A DNA stretch of 64,000 bases, from contig JAUSJC010000010.1 of assembly GCA_030647775.1 (NCBI GenBank), positions 264,927 through 328,926 on the forward strand, in the 5' to 3' direction. Origin of the DNA: Candidatus Curtissbacteria bacterium (GTDB lineage: Bacteria > Patescibacteriota > Microgenomatia > Curtissbacterales > GWA2-41-24). Shown in pieces: positions 1 to 8,295 of this stretch. The translations under genes and the position numbers were made by a program. The notes beneath the pieces were generated by a model. That model searched no databases, was not told where the DNA came from, and saw nothing but the letters and a program-made list of their open reading frames with translations. The stretch's first letter is position 1, and each line of letters starts with the position of its first letter.

Positions 1-764
1 ACCTTGAAATAAAGATGTTTTTGTCGGGTGATCACGACGCGGCTTACGCAATCTTGGGGATCCACGCCGGCCAGGGCGGTACCGAAGCCATGGATTGGGT
101 GGACATGTTATCGCGCATGTACCAGAAATATTTCACAAGCAAAAAATGGGATTTTGATGTTATTAATGAAATGCCGGGGGAAGAAGCCGGATTCAAAACC
201 GTGACAATGTTGGTCAAGGTAAATTATGCTTACGGGATCCTGTCAAAAGAAACCGGCGTCCACAGGCTGGTTAGGCAGTCGCCTTTCAACGCCAATAACC
301 TGCGTCAGACCTCCTTCGCCTTAGTTGAAGTTATGCCGGAAATTGAGGAGGCCGAGGGGATAGAAATTAATCCTGATGATATAGAATTTGAAGCTTTCCG
401 TTCAGGCGGCCATGGCGGCCAAAACGTCAACAAAGTTTCCACTGCCGTCCGTCTTAAGCATAAACCCACGGGCATTGTTGTTACTTGCCAAACCCAGAGG
501 TACCAGGCTCAAAACAGGGAGAACGCCATGAAACTCCTGATGGCCAAACTTTGGGAGTTAAAGCAGCTGGAAGACAAAGCCCAGTACGACAAAATAAAAG
601 GCGGCCATATAACTCCCGGCTGGGGTAACCAGATCCGTTCTTATGTCCTCCATCCGTACAAAATGGTTAAAGATTTAAGGACTCAATATGAAACTTCAAA
701 TGCCCAGGCTGTTTTAGACGGAGACTTGGACGAATTCATCAAACATGAATTGGCTCTGCATTAA
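1..764 (+). CDS. prfB: Peptide chain release factor 2, 3' portion (5' end lies upstream of window)
   Basis: The translation aligns with RF2 from about residue 100 onward. It carries the SPF motif ([15 protein letters not shown]) and the GGQ motif ([12 protein letters not shown]). The frame stays open back to nt 1, so the gene is 5'-truncated by the window edge. Confidence 0.9.
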   Translation, partial: LEIKMFLSGDHDAAYAILGIHAGQGGTEAMDWVDMLSRMYQKYFTSKKWDFDVINEMPGEEAGFKTVTMLVKVNYAYGILSKETGVHRLVRQSPFNANNLRQTSFALVEVMPEIEEAEGIEINPDDIEFEAFRSGGHGGQNVNKVSTAVRLKHKPTGIVVTCQTQRYQAQNRENAMKLLMAKLWELKQLEDKAQYDKIKGGHITPGWGNQIRSYVLHPYKMVKDLRTQYETSNAQAVLDGDLDEFIKHELALH

Positions 765-769
765 CGTGC

Positions 770-1294
770 TTGCCCAATGAAGCTGACTGGTATATAATTT
801 TAAAAACAATGGACGAAAACCAAGACCAAACTCAAGCCCAATCCGCATCACCAATCCCGGGGCTAAGAAGAGTGCCGATTAAAGCAAAGTTCAGCCTGCC
901 AACTAAAGCCGTCCCAATCGCAGTTATTGCTGTTGTTTTGGCAGCCGGTATTTTCTCGGGCCTCATCCTCTCTTCAAGAAACAAAATCCAGTCTTCTAAA
1001 GTCAAGTCAGCCATTCAGGAAGAAAATCTAACTCCGGAACAAAAGACTTCTTTTAATCAAACCTTTAGGGATCAGGCAGAAGGAGAATTGCAAAAGAACG
1101 ATAAGTTAGATAAGTACGCCCAGGGCACGCACAAACTGATTAGGCCAGGCGGGGAAGACCAAACGGCATACCTAACTTCATCTATTTTAGACATGGACCA
1201 GTATGTGGGTAAAAAAGTCAAAGTTTTTGGAGAAACATTTGGTTCTTCACAAGTGGGTTGGTTGATGGATGTCGGCAAAGTCGAAGTCAAATAA
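770..1294 (+). CDS. Hypothetical membrane-anchored protein (single TM, charged ectodomain)
   Basis: 174-aa ORF with one hydrophobic helix (AVPIAVIAVVLAAGIFSGLILSS). No recognisable family. Confidence 0.4.
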   Translation: MPNEADWYIILKTMDENQDQTQAQSASPIPGLRRVPIKAKFSLPTKAVPIAVIAVVLAAGIFSGLILSSRNKIQSSKVKSAIQEENLTPEQKTSFNQTFRDQAEGELQKNDKLDKYAQGTHKLIRPGGEDQTAYLTSSILDMDQYVGKKVKVFGETFGSSQVGWLMDVGKVEVK

Positions 1295-1320
1295 TAACTA
1301 GCCCAAACAATCTCTGCCTC

Positions 1321-2007
1321 ATGATACAGTTCGAATCCGTAACTAAAAAATATCCAAACGGCCAAATTGCCCTGGAAGACATCGATTTAAAAATCGAGGA
1401 CGGCGAATTCGTTTTTCTGGTTGGCCCTTCCGGCGCCGGCAAGACCTCGCTTCTTCGCTTGTTTACCCGCGAAATCTGGCCAAGTGCCGGCAGAATTTTA
1501 TTCAACGAAGAAGATATTTTAAAAATCCCCTCATCCAAAATCCCTTATCTGCGCAGGAAAATTGGTACGGTCTTTCAGGATTTTAAACTGCTTCTCACCC
1601 GGACCCTTTTTGAAAACGTCGCTGTCCCCCTTGAGGTTGTTTCCAAGTCCGAAAAAGAGATCGAAGAAACGGTCAGTGGTGTTTTGGAAAAGGTCGGCTT
1701 ACTGGAAAAAGCCGATATGTTCCCGGCCCAGCTTTCCGGCGGAGAAGTCCAAAGGACGGCAATTGCCAGGGCCATTGTTTCCAAACCGTCAGTCCTTCTG
1801 GCTGACGAGCCAACGGGCGATTTGGATCCAAAAACAGCTTTATCTATCGTTAAGCTCCTTGAAAAAATAAACGAAGAAGATAAAACTACGGTTATTATGG
1901 CTACTCATAACGCCCAAATCGTTAACCACTTTAAAAAACGCGTTGTTTACCTAAAAAACGGTAAAATAGAAAAGGACGAGAAAGAAGGCAAATATGAGGC
2001 AGATTAA
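1321..2007 (+). CDS. ftsE: Cell division ATP-binding protein FtsE
   Basis: Walker A motif GPSGAGKTS and the ABC signature LSGGEVQR. The N-terminus MIQFESVTKKY is typical of FtsE, and ftsX follows immediately. I chose the internal ATG at 1321 over the longer track ORF. Confidence 0.9.
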   Translation: MIQFESVTKKYPNGQIALEDIDLKIEDGEFVFLVGPSGAGKTSLLRLFTREIWPSAGRILFNEEDILKIPSSKIPYLRRKIGTVFQDFKLLLTRTLFENVAVPLEVVSKSEKEIEETVSGVLEKVGLLEKADMFPAQLSGGEVQRTAIARAIVSKPSVLLADEPTGDLDPKTALSIVKLLEKINEEDKTTVIMATHNAQIVNHFKKRVVYLKNGKIEKDEKEGKYEAD

Positions 2008-2866
2008 AAAAACCGTAAAGCTTCTGCGCCGCAGCCCTTATCAGGCACTGGCCGCCGGTCTGGCCATGACCCTTACCTTTTTTGTTGCCTCTATTTTTGC
2101 CGTTCTTATAATCGGCGGCCAGATAGTTTTAAATTATGTTGAACAAAGGCCCCAGGTTATTGCTTTTTTTAAGGATGATGCCAGCCAGACAAAAATTAAC
2201 GATATCATTGCTAAGGTAAAATCAACAGGCCTTGCCAAAGATGTTAAATATGTTACCAAAGAGGAGGCGCTGGCAATCTACAGGGAACGCAATAAAGATG
2301 AACCGCTTCTTTTGGAATCAGTCTCTGCCGATTTCCTGCCGGCGTCAATTGATATATCCGTCAATAAGGCCGGCGACATAGGCGCCGTCACTCAAGCTGT
2401 CAAAGGAGAACCGGAAATTGAACGCGTCATCACCCCCCAAAACTTAGTTGAGCAGCTCGTTAAATGGACAAGCACTATTCGTGCCGGGGGGATTGTTTTT
2501 GTTACCGCGCTTCTTGCTATATCCTTCCTTATTATAATAATGGTTGTCGGTATGAGGATCGCCCTAAGGCGCGATGAAATTTCCATCATGAATTTAGTCG
2601 GTGCCACCAAATGGTATATTGCCAGACCGTTTTTGGCCGAAGGCGCGGTCTATGGCGTTATCGGCGCCAGCATTTCCACGTTTCTAATTTACGCGCTTCT
2701 TTTAATCTATTCCCGGTCTATTCAGAATTTTTTAGGGCCAATCCAGGTTTTTCCGATTAGCCCGCTCTTTTTCATCTATCTTTGGGTAGGAGAAGCGCTT
2801 CTTGCCGCCGCCGTCGGGGTTTCCGGCGCCGCAATAGCCCTTTACCGATACCTGAAGATTAAATGA
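1994..2866 (+). CDS. ftsX: Cell division permease FtsX
   Basis: 290 aa with four TM segments and a periplasmic loop in the FtsX arrangement. Its start overlaps the ftsE stop. Confidence 0.85.
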   Translation: MRQIKKTVKLLRRSPYQALAAGLAMTLTFFVASIFAVLIIGGQIVLNYVEQRPQVIAFFKDDASQTKINDIIAKVKSTGLAKDVKYVTKEEALAIYRERNKDEPLLLESVSADFLPASIDISVNKAGDIGAVTQAVKGEPEIERVITPQNLVEQLVKWTSTIRAGGIVFVTALLAISFLIIIMVVGMRIALRRDEISIMNLVGATKWYIARPFLAEGAVYGVIGASISTFLIYALLLIYSRSIQNFLGPIQVFPISPLFFIYLWVGEALLAAAVGVSGAAIALYRYLKIK

Positions 2867-4032
2867 AGAAACTTCTAGTTGCTCTATTTTTTATTGCCGT
2901 TTTTCTAGCAGGTTCGAGTTCTACATCCGCAATCACGGAATCAGAATGTGATCAAGGTAGCACAGATTCCGGTTGTGTCGACTACTTTACAAACAAAATA
3001 AACCAACTCTCTTCGCAAGCCAACACTCTTTCCGGTCAACTGGCCCAGTTTAATAGCCAAATCCTGTTAACTCAAGTTAAAATAGCCGACGCCCAGGTAA
3101 CTATAGATAAACTGGAAAAAGAAATTGGCGCGCTTGGTACCAGAATCGGCTACATTGCAACCTCTGTAGATAAACTCCAGGTACTTCTTAAACAAAGAAT
3201 CGTCGCAACTTACCAGCAGGGTTTTGTTTCCAATCTGGAAATCATTATGTCGTCACAAAACTTTTCCGATTTTATCCTGCGGGCCCAATATTTAAGACAA
3301 GTCCAGGAAAACGACAGGAAAATTCTGGCAAGCCTCCAGCAGACTAAGGCCAATTATGCAACCCAGAAAGACGACCGCGAGATTAAACAAGCCCAGATTG
3401 AAGAAAGCCAAAAGAAACTAGTTGCCTTAAAAGCAGATCTCGACCAACAAAAAGTATCTAAGCAAGCGCTTCTTAAACTGACTCAAAACGATGAAAGCCG
3501 ATATCAACAGCTGTTGGCAGCAGCTCTGGCTGAAAAGAAAGCTATATCTGCAGCCTTTTCTGACGCCGTTTCGAGGCTAAATTCTGAGGAAGGGTCTCCA
3601 GTTTCGCAGGGTCAAACGATTGCCGTGATGGGTAATTCTGGAGCACCTAACTGTTCTAGTGGCGCTCATCTTCACTTTATGGTTCTTAAAGATGGAATCG
3701 CCCAAAATCCGGCGAACTATCTAAAAAATATTTCTCCGGTTTGGGATAATTCCCCGGATTCCCCATTTGGCTTTTCCGGATCTTGGGATTGGCCGCTTTC
3801 TGGTCCAAGTATCACACAGGGTTTTGGGATGACTTACTGGGCAAGACTTGGTTGGTACAATGGCAGTATTCATGACGGTATTGATATGGTTGGTGGACCA
3901 ACAATAGTTGCCCCCCGCGCTGGGAAATTAATCCTCGGTGCAACCTCCTGTGGTTCCAGCACCCTAAAGTATGCGGCCATCAAACACAACGATGACTCAG
4001 GCATAATCACCCTCTATCTTCATATTCTGTAA
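2863..4032 (+). CDS. EnvC-like murein hydrolase activator / M23 peptidase with N-terminal coiled coil
   Basis: Signal peptide, a long Q/K/L-rich coiled coil, then an M23 (LytM) domain with GAHLHF. This is the expected partner of FtsEX, and its start overlaps the ftsX stop. Confidence 0.8.
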   Translation: MKKLLVALFFIAVFLAGSSSTSAITESECDQGSTDSGCVDYFTNKINQLSSQANTLSGQLAQFNSQILLTQVKIADAQVTIDKLEKEIGALGTRIGYIATSVDKLQVLLKQRIVATYQQGFVSNLEIIMSSQNFSDFILRAQYLRQVQENDRKILASLQQTKANYATQKDDREIKQAQIEESQKKLVALKADLDQQKVSKQALLKLTQNDESRYQQLLAAALAEKKAISAAFSDAVSRLNSEEGSPVSQGQTIAVMGNSGAPNCSSGAHLHFMVLKDGIAQNPANYLKNISPVWDNSPDSPFGFSGSWDWPLSGPSITQGFGMTYWARLGWYNGSIHDGIDMVGGPTIVAPRAGKLILGATSCGSSTLKYAAIKHNDDSGIITLYLHIL

Positions 4033-4070
4033 ATTTGACATTAAATCCCCGAAGCCTAATGATTTAATCA

Positions 4071-4991
4071 GTGGCAAAACTCGCTGCGTTAGTAATTTCC
4101 TTCCTAGCCCTTTTCGTTTTTGCGGAACTTGTTTTCGCCGAAAATCTTCTTTTGAACCCATCATTCGAGGATACTACCGGCGGTTCTCCAAACTCATGGA
4201 CTAAAAATGTAAGCACAGCTACTTTGTCTACGTCAACTACCGCCAAAGCTGGTACAGTGTCAGCGTCAATCAATAAAACAAATAGTACAACTGGGCTAAT
4301 CTACTTATATCAAGATATTGATGTGGAACCGGACGCCTTTTATTCTTTGTCCGGTTATGCAATTAAGAATAGTCCTAATTTTAGCTGGGTGATTTTACGT
4401 ATAAGCTGGAGAAGTTCTAGCGGGGAAATTAGTCAAACCGATTCCCCTCGATTAACATCTGATTCGTCTGATTTCCAATCGCTGAAAATAGATTCAGTAC
4501 AAGCGCCAAGCCAGGCGATAAAGGCCAGAATTGAACTCGCCGCCAATATTGTAACTGCTAATCCTAACAATCCAGCCCTTTTTGATGATGTAGATTTTTC
4601 CCAGATTCCGGCGCCCAACCAACCAACCTCTACACTTGCACCAATGTCTTCACCCACACCTCTTAAATCTCCGTCGCCAACCCCAACTGCTTTGCCAAAA
4701 TCTCCGACACCATCACCCCTAAAATCACCGGCGCCTGCTCCGCAAGTCTTAGCCGAATCTTCCCAAAGCGCCGCGCCGTCGGCCAGCCCAAGTTCATCTC
4801 CGGCATCAAACCAACAAAGCCCTCTGGACACAATTAAAAATAACCCCAAAACTGCTTTAATCCTTGTCGGCTCCGGCCTTATTTTAATCGGTTTATCATC
4901 GGCTTTTTATGTGTGGTATTCTAAGCTCTTGGGAAAAGGTCCAATAAAAAATGCCGAAGGCACTGAGCGAAGTCGAAGTGAAGACGATTAA
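4071..4991 (+). CDS. Cell-surface protein: signal peptide, CBM4/9-like domain, Pro/Ser/Thr-rich linker, C-terminal TM anchor
   Basis: The N-terminus reads MAKLAALVISFLALFVFA then NLLLNPSFEDT, which is CBM4/9-like. Next comes a low-complexity SPSPTPTALPKSPTPSP linker and a C-terminal hydrophobic helix. The C-terminal TERSRSEDD tail is encoded by a repeat motif. Confidence 0.55.
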   Translation: MAKLAALVISFLALFVFAELVFAENLLLNPSFEDTTGGSPNSWTKNVSTATLSTSTTAKAGTVSASINKTNSTTGLIYLYQDIDVEPDAFYSLSGYAIKNSPNFSWVILRISWRSSSGEISQTDSPRLTSDSSDFQSLKIDSVQAPSQAIKARIELAANIVTANPNNPALFDDVDFSQIPAPNQPTSTLAPMSSPTPLKSPSPTPTALPKSPTPSPLKSPAPAPQVLAESSQSAAPSASPSSSPASNQQSPLDTIKNNPKTALILVGSGLILIGLSSAFYVWYSKLLGKGPIKNAEGTERSRSEDD

Positions 4992-6156
4992 AATATCAAA
5001 GTCCGAAACACAAACCCAAAAACTCGGGGAAACTCTTGGGAAGTCATTAAAAGCCGGGGATATTGTTGCCCTGTATGGCGATCTTGGTGCCGGCAAGACC
5101 GTTTTTGTTAAAGGTATCGCCAAAGGCCTGGGCATTAAAAAGAGAATTCTCTCGCCGACCTTTGTCTTTATACGTTCTTACCCGCTTACGGGTGAAAAGC
5201 AGTTTTATCATGTCGATCTTTATCGCGGCCAAAGCCTTGAAGATTTTGAAGCGCTGGGGCTTGAAGAACTATTTTCCAAAAATAACATTGTTGTTTTGGA
5301 ATGGGCTGGGAAAATTGCTAAAATATTGCCTCAAAAACGGATCGATATCAATATAGAAAAAGTCGAAGATACTGAGCGTAGTCGAAGTAAAGATGAAAAT
5401 ACAAGAAAAATCACCATCACTTCACCTGTCATTGCGAGCGCAGCGAAGCAATCTCATAACGAGTCTTCGAGTTACAAGCGCTCTTATATTGTTCGAGCGA
5501 AGTCGAGAACTTCCTCTTCTGTCATCCTGAACTCGTTTCAGGATCTTAAAAAAGTCGTAGATCCTGAGCAAAGTCGAAGGGCCGCCTCCATTTTAAAATC
5601 TGGCGGTGTCGTTATTTTCCCGACCGATACGGTTTACGGTATTGGCTGTAGGTACGACGATAAGGACGCCCTCGACCGTATCTATAAAATTAAGTCAAGG
5701 CCAAAAGACGTACTGTTTCCCATTCTTGTATCAAGCGTCAAACAGGTCGAACGTTTAGCTATCATTACTCCCTCCGCCCGCGAGTTGATAGAAAAATATT
5801 GGCCCGGCGGCCTAACAATAATTCTCTCCACCCGTCATCCTGAACAATGTCATCCTGAACTCGATTCAGGATCTGTAATTGTTTCAGGACTCAATCAAAA
5901 AATCGGTTTCCGCATGCCGGACCACCAAGAAATCTTATCGATGATCGATCTTGTCGGTGTCCCAATAATCGGTACCTCCGCCAATTTCCATGGGCAGTCG
6001 TCCGCAGCGTCTTTTGAAGATCTGGATCCTAAACTCATTAAGCTCGCCGATTTTGTTATCAAAGGTACCTGCCGTAAGGGTGTAGAATCAACAGTAGTCG
6101 ATGCAACTGCAAACCATTTAAAAATCTTAAGACAAGGAGCAGTCACACTACGATGA
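4951..6156 (+). CDS. tRNA t6A biosynthesis: TsaE (P-loop ATPase) domain, repeat-derived linker, TsaC/YrdC/Sua5 domain, all in one continuous ORF
   Basis: The N-terminal 150 aa match TsaE/YjeE (GDLGAGKTVFVKGIAKGL). Residues from about 210 match TsaC/YrdC (SGGVVIFPTDTVYGIGC, GFRMPDH, GTSANFHGQ). The roughly 60-aa stretch between them is encoded by a repeat element with no stop codon. No ATG, GTG or TTG lies in frame ahead of the TsaC domain, so a separate tsaC start is not visible. Confidence 0.7.
   Translation: MPKALSEVEVKTIKISKSETQTQKLGETLGKSLKAGDIVALYGDLGAGKTVFVKGIAKGLGIKKRILSPTFVFIRSYPLTGEKQFYHVDLYRGQSLEDFEALGLEELFSKNNIVVLEWAGKIAKILPQKRIDINIEKVEDTERSRSKDENTRKITITSPVIASAAKQSHNESSSYKRSYIVRAKSRTSSSVILNSFQDLKKVVDPEQSRRAASILKSGGVVIFPTDTVYGIGCRYDDKDALDRIYKIKSRPKDVLFPILVSSVKQVERLAIITPSARELIEKYWPGGLTIILSTRHPEQCHPELDSGSVIVSGLNQKIGFRMPDHQEILSMIDLVGVPIIGTSANFHGQSSAASFEDLDPKLIKLADFVIKGTCRKGVESTVVDATANHLKILRQGAVTLR
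5420..5585. repeat. Palindromic repeat element, copy A (in-frame linker between the TsaE and TsaC domains)
   Basis: It contains gtcattgcgagcgcagcgaagcaatctc and the hairpin atcctgaactcgtttcaggat (5523-5543), followed by a gagcaaagtcgaag motif. It is homologous to the elements at 5835-5876 and 6490-6648. Confidence 0.6.
5835..5876. repeat. Repeat element fragment, copy B, in-frame inside the TsaC domain
   Basis: gtcatcctgaacaatgtcatcctgaactcgattcaggatctg, with the hairpin atcctgaa-ctcga-ttcaggat at 5852-5872. It encodes HPEQCHPELDSGS at a loop position that is longer than in E. coli YrdC. Confidence 0.55.
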
Positions 6157-6180
6157 TACGAATCATCGTAGTAAAATATC

Positions 6181-6489
6181 ATGATTTTAAAAATTGATTC
6201 GACAAACCGCGAAAAAATTACAGTTTCGCTCGACGACACAAAAATCATTGAGGAGCAAAAACTCGGGTCTCAAGTTCTCCTGCCGCTGATTGTCAAAATT
6301 CTCAAAAAGCAAAAAGCCACTTTTGCCGATATTTCCGAAATTAAGGTTAACATCGGCCCCGGTTCTTTTACGGGGACAAGGGTTGGAGTAGCCGTTGCCA
6401 ACGCGCTGGGATTTGCCTTAAATATCCCCGTTAATGGCAAAAAAGGTAAAATAGCATTACCTAAATATGAAAAATCAAAATTCGACTAA
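6181..6489 (+). CDS. tsaB: TsaB/YeaZ-like protein, N-terminal domain only (truncated relative to full-length TsaB)
   Basis: 102 aa with the NIGPGSFTGTRVGVAVANALGFALNIPV motif characteristic of TsaB/Kae1-family N-domains. It is about 100 aa rather than the usual 220 or so. The stop codon directly abuts repeat element copy C. Confidence 0.6.
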   Translation: MILKIDSTNREKITVSLDDTKIIEEQKLGSQVLLPLIVKILKKQKATFADISEIKVNIGPGSFTGTRVGVAVANALGFALNIPVNGKKGKIALPKYEKSKFD

Positions 6490-6648
6490 CATCTCACGTC
6501 ATTGCGAACCCTTCCCCTGTCATTCTGCGCGGAGCGAAAGAATCTCATCAAGTCAGGATAAACTCCGCGAAGCAATCTCTACGATTGTCATCTCTTCGAG
6601 CCTGAGCCTCAGAGCCGAAGGCCTGAACTCGTTTCAGGATCTAAAAAA
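6490..6648. repeat. Palindromic repeat element, copy C (intergenic, between tsaB-like and the epimerase)
   Basis: It shares gtcattgcga, gcgaagcaatctc, tcttcgag and the hairpin cctgaactcgtttcagg (6622-6640) followed by atctaaaaaa with copy A. The track ORF 6467..6655 lies wholly inside it. Confidence 0.6.
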
Positions 6649-6651
6649 CAA

Positions 6652-7563
6652 ATGAGCAGAATTCTTGTAACGGGCGGAGCCGGTTTCATCGGTGGACATG
6701 TAACTAAGATTTTACTTGACGAGGGTCACGATGTTGTCGTCCTCGACAACTTGTCCAAAGGCCATAAAGATTCTGTTGATAAAAGAGCGCAACTAATCGT
6801 CGGAGATATGGCTGATCCCGTCAAAACAAAAGAAGCGCTATCCGGTGCCGACGCCGTCATTCACATGGCCGGCCTGATTGTTGTACCCGAATCGGTTAAA
6901 GACCCCATCAAATATGCCCAAAATAATGTGCTTGGCTCGGTCAGTTTGCTTGAATCGATGAGAGAAACTGGTGTCAAGAAAATTATTTTCTCATCATCGG
7001 CGTGCGTTTACGGCACTCCAGATACTTTACCAATCAAAGAAGATGCGCCGCTTCGCCCGGATAATCCTTACGGCGCCACCAAAGCGTCAATTGAATCTTT
7101 CCTTCAGGCCTATCACGCCAATTTTGGTTTTGATGTCACAATTCTCCGCTACTTCAATCCTTACGGCCCCGGAGAATTGCATGACCCGGAAACCCACGCT
7201 ATCCCAAACTTCATCAAATCTGCTCTTTCAAAAAAACCGATACCTCTTTACTGGAAAGGGGAGCAGGTTAGAGATTTTATTTATATCGAAGACCTCGCCC
7301 GTGCCCATACGGACGTTCTGAGTCTTGCGGGTTTTAATATCTTTAATCTTGGCACGGAAAAAGGCGTGAAAGTGAAAGATGTCATTGACAAAATCTTTGA
7401 AATCGTGGGCTTCGAAGTCGAAGTTAAAGATCTTGGCGAGCGCCTGGGCGACGTGGCGGCAAACTACGCCTCAAGCGAAAGACTCCACGAAGCCGTCGGT
7501 TGGCAGGCAAAAGTGAACCTCAAAGACGGCTTAAAGCAAACAATCGAATTCTTCAAAAAATAA
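6652..7563 (+). CDS. NAD-dependent epimerase/dehydratase (UDP-glucose 4-epimerase family)
   Basis: The N-terminus is ILVTGGAGFIGGHV and the catalytic Y-x3-K lies in YGATKAS. Length and layout match GalE-like SDR enzymes. Confidence 0.8.
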   Translation: MSRILVTGGAGFIGGHVTKILLDEGHDVVVLDNLSKGHKDSVDKRAQLIVGDMADPVKTKEALSGADAVIHMAGLIVVPESVKDPIKYAQNNVLGSVSLLESMRETGVKKIIFSSSACVYGTPDTLPIKEDAPLRPDNPYGATKASIESFLQAYHANFGFDVTILRYFNPYGPGELHDPETHAIPNFIKSALSKKPIPLYWKGEQVRDFIYIEDLARAHTDVLSLAGFNIFNLGTEKGVKVKDVIDKIFEIVGFEVEVKDLGERLGDVAANYASSERLHEAVGWQAKVNLKDGLKQTIEFFKK

Positions 7564-7590
7564 GTTCCCGCAAAATTTGTCCTGAGTTTA

Positions 7591-7650
7591 CCGTCTAGCC
7601 TTGCAAGACCTTGCAAGGCTAGACGGGTCTCAAGGTCTTGTAAGGTCTCA
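7591..7650. promoter_or_regulatory. Structured palindromic element: perfect 16-bp stem-loop (7591-7626) containing CTTGCAAG twice, followed by a related caaggtcttg segment
   Basis: ccgtctagccttgcaa-gacc-ttgcaaggctagacgg is a perfect inverted repeat. No T-tract follows, so it is not a canonical intrinsic terminator. It lies between convergent genes. Confidence 0.4.
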
Positions 7651-7704
7651 TCTTTGCGAAGCGAAGTAAAGTTATAAGAACCCATTTTATTCTTTCTAAC
7701 TTCG

Positions 7705-7724
7705 ATAATCTAGATAATTAGAGT
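7705..7724. repeat. Second copy of the ataatctagat(t/a)a(a/t)tagagt motif, flanking the TrpR-like gene
   Basis: It matches 18 of 20 positions of the 8185-8204 copy in the same orientation. Confidence 0.4.
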
Positions 7725-7742
7725 TAGACTAAACGCAAGATT

Positions 7743-8180
7743 TTAGACAAGAGTTTTCTTTTTGTGACCCAACCTGTATTTAATTACCTCTTCTGGTAAA
7801 AAAGCTTTTCTTGGAGTCCCCAATCTATAAAGCGCGCTTTCTATATCTTGCCAGAATTGCCGACCCGCTTCAGTCATTACAATTTTATTAATTGCAAGTT
7901 TATATCCATTATTCATCTTCAATATTAAAGATACTTTTGAAATAGTTTCTCCCGAAACCTTTAGGAGATTTTTAATAGTCCCGTAATCTGTTGATTTCAA
8001 AAGCAAAACAGCAATAGCCAACCGTTTGGCCAGAACTATTCTTTCTACCGGAGTAAGGAGATCATTTAAAAATATTTGAATATCTTTCTTATCTTTGAGC
8101 TGGGATATGGCTTCCCACAGAGTTTCAAAAATCTGTTCTTCAATTCTTTTATCCAACAACCGTCTTGAAACTTGTGACAC
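7743..8180 (-). CDS. TrpR-related YerC/YecD-family HTH protein
   Basis: 145 aa. The KDKKDIQIFLNDLLTPVERIVLAKRLAIAV segment matches the YerC/TrpR-like pattern KDKEE..FL.DLLTP.E....R. It starts with GTG at 8180-8178. Confidence 0.45.
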   Translation of the reverse strand: MSQVSRRLLDKRIEEQIFETLWEAISQLKDKKDIQIFLNDLLTPVERIVLAKRLAIAVLLLKSTDYGTIKNLLKVSGETISKVSLILKMNNGYKLAINKIVMTEAGRQFWQDIESALYRLGTPRKAFLPEEVIKYRLGHKKKTLV

Positions 8181-8184
8181 TCTA

Positions 8185-8204
8185 ATAATCTAGATTAATA
8201 GAGT
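8185..8204. promoter_or_regulatory. Operator-like site with the perfect palindrome TAATCTAGATTA, 6 nt upstream of the TrpR-like start codon
   Basis: ataatctagattaatagagt carries a 12-bp perfect palindrome at 8186-8197. A near-identical copy (ataatctagataattagagt) lies at 7705-7724, just past the gene's 3' end. Confidence 0.4.
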
Positions 8205-8295
8205 AAAATTACGAAGTCAAGCCTTTACGAAGACCGATTATACGTGGGTTCAGGATTTGACATTATATAGCCGGATATAGTTTGCTGAATTTAGA

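Noticed and set aside
832-1365. Minus-strand ORFs 832..1014 and 1072..1365, and the many similar antisense ORFs of 60-145 aa across the window (for example 4433..4849, 15157..15594 and 31015..31299)
   Set aside because: All overlap plus-strand genes that have clear homology. None has recognisable motifs. They are typical shadow ORFs.
6467-6655. 62-aa plus-strand ORF from the track
   Set aside because: It lies entirely within palindromic repeat element copy C. It has low-complexity composition and no RBS, so it is most likely not a gene.
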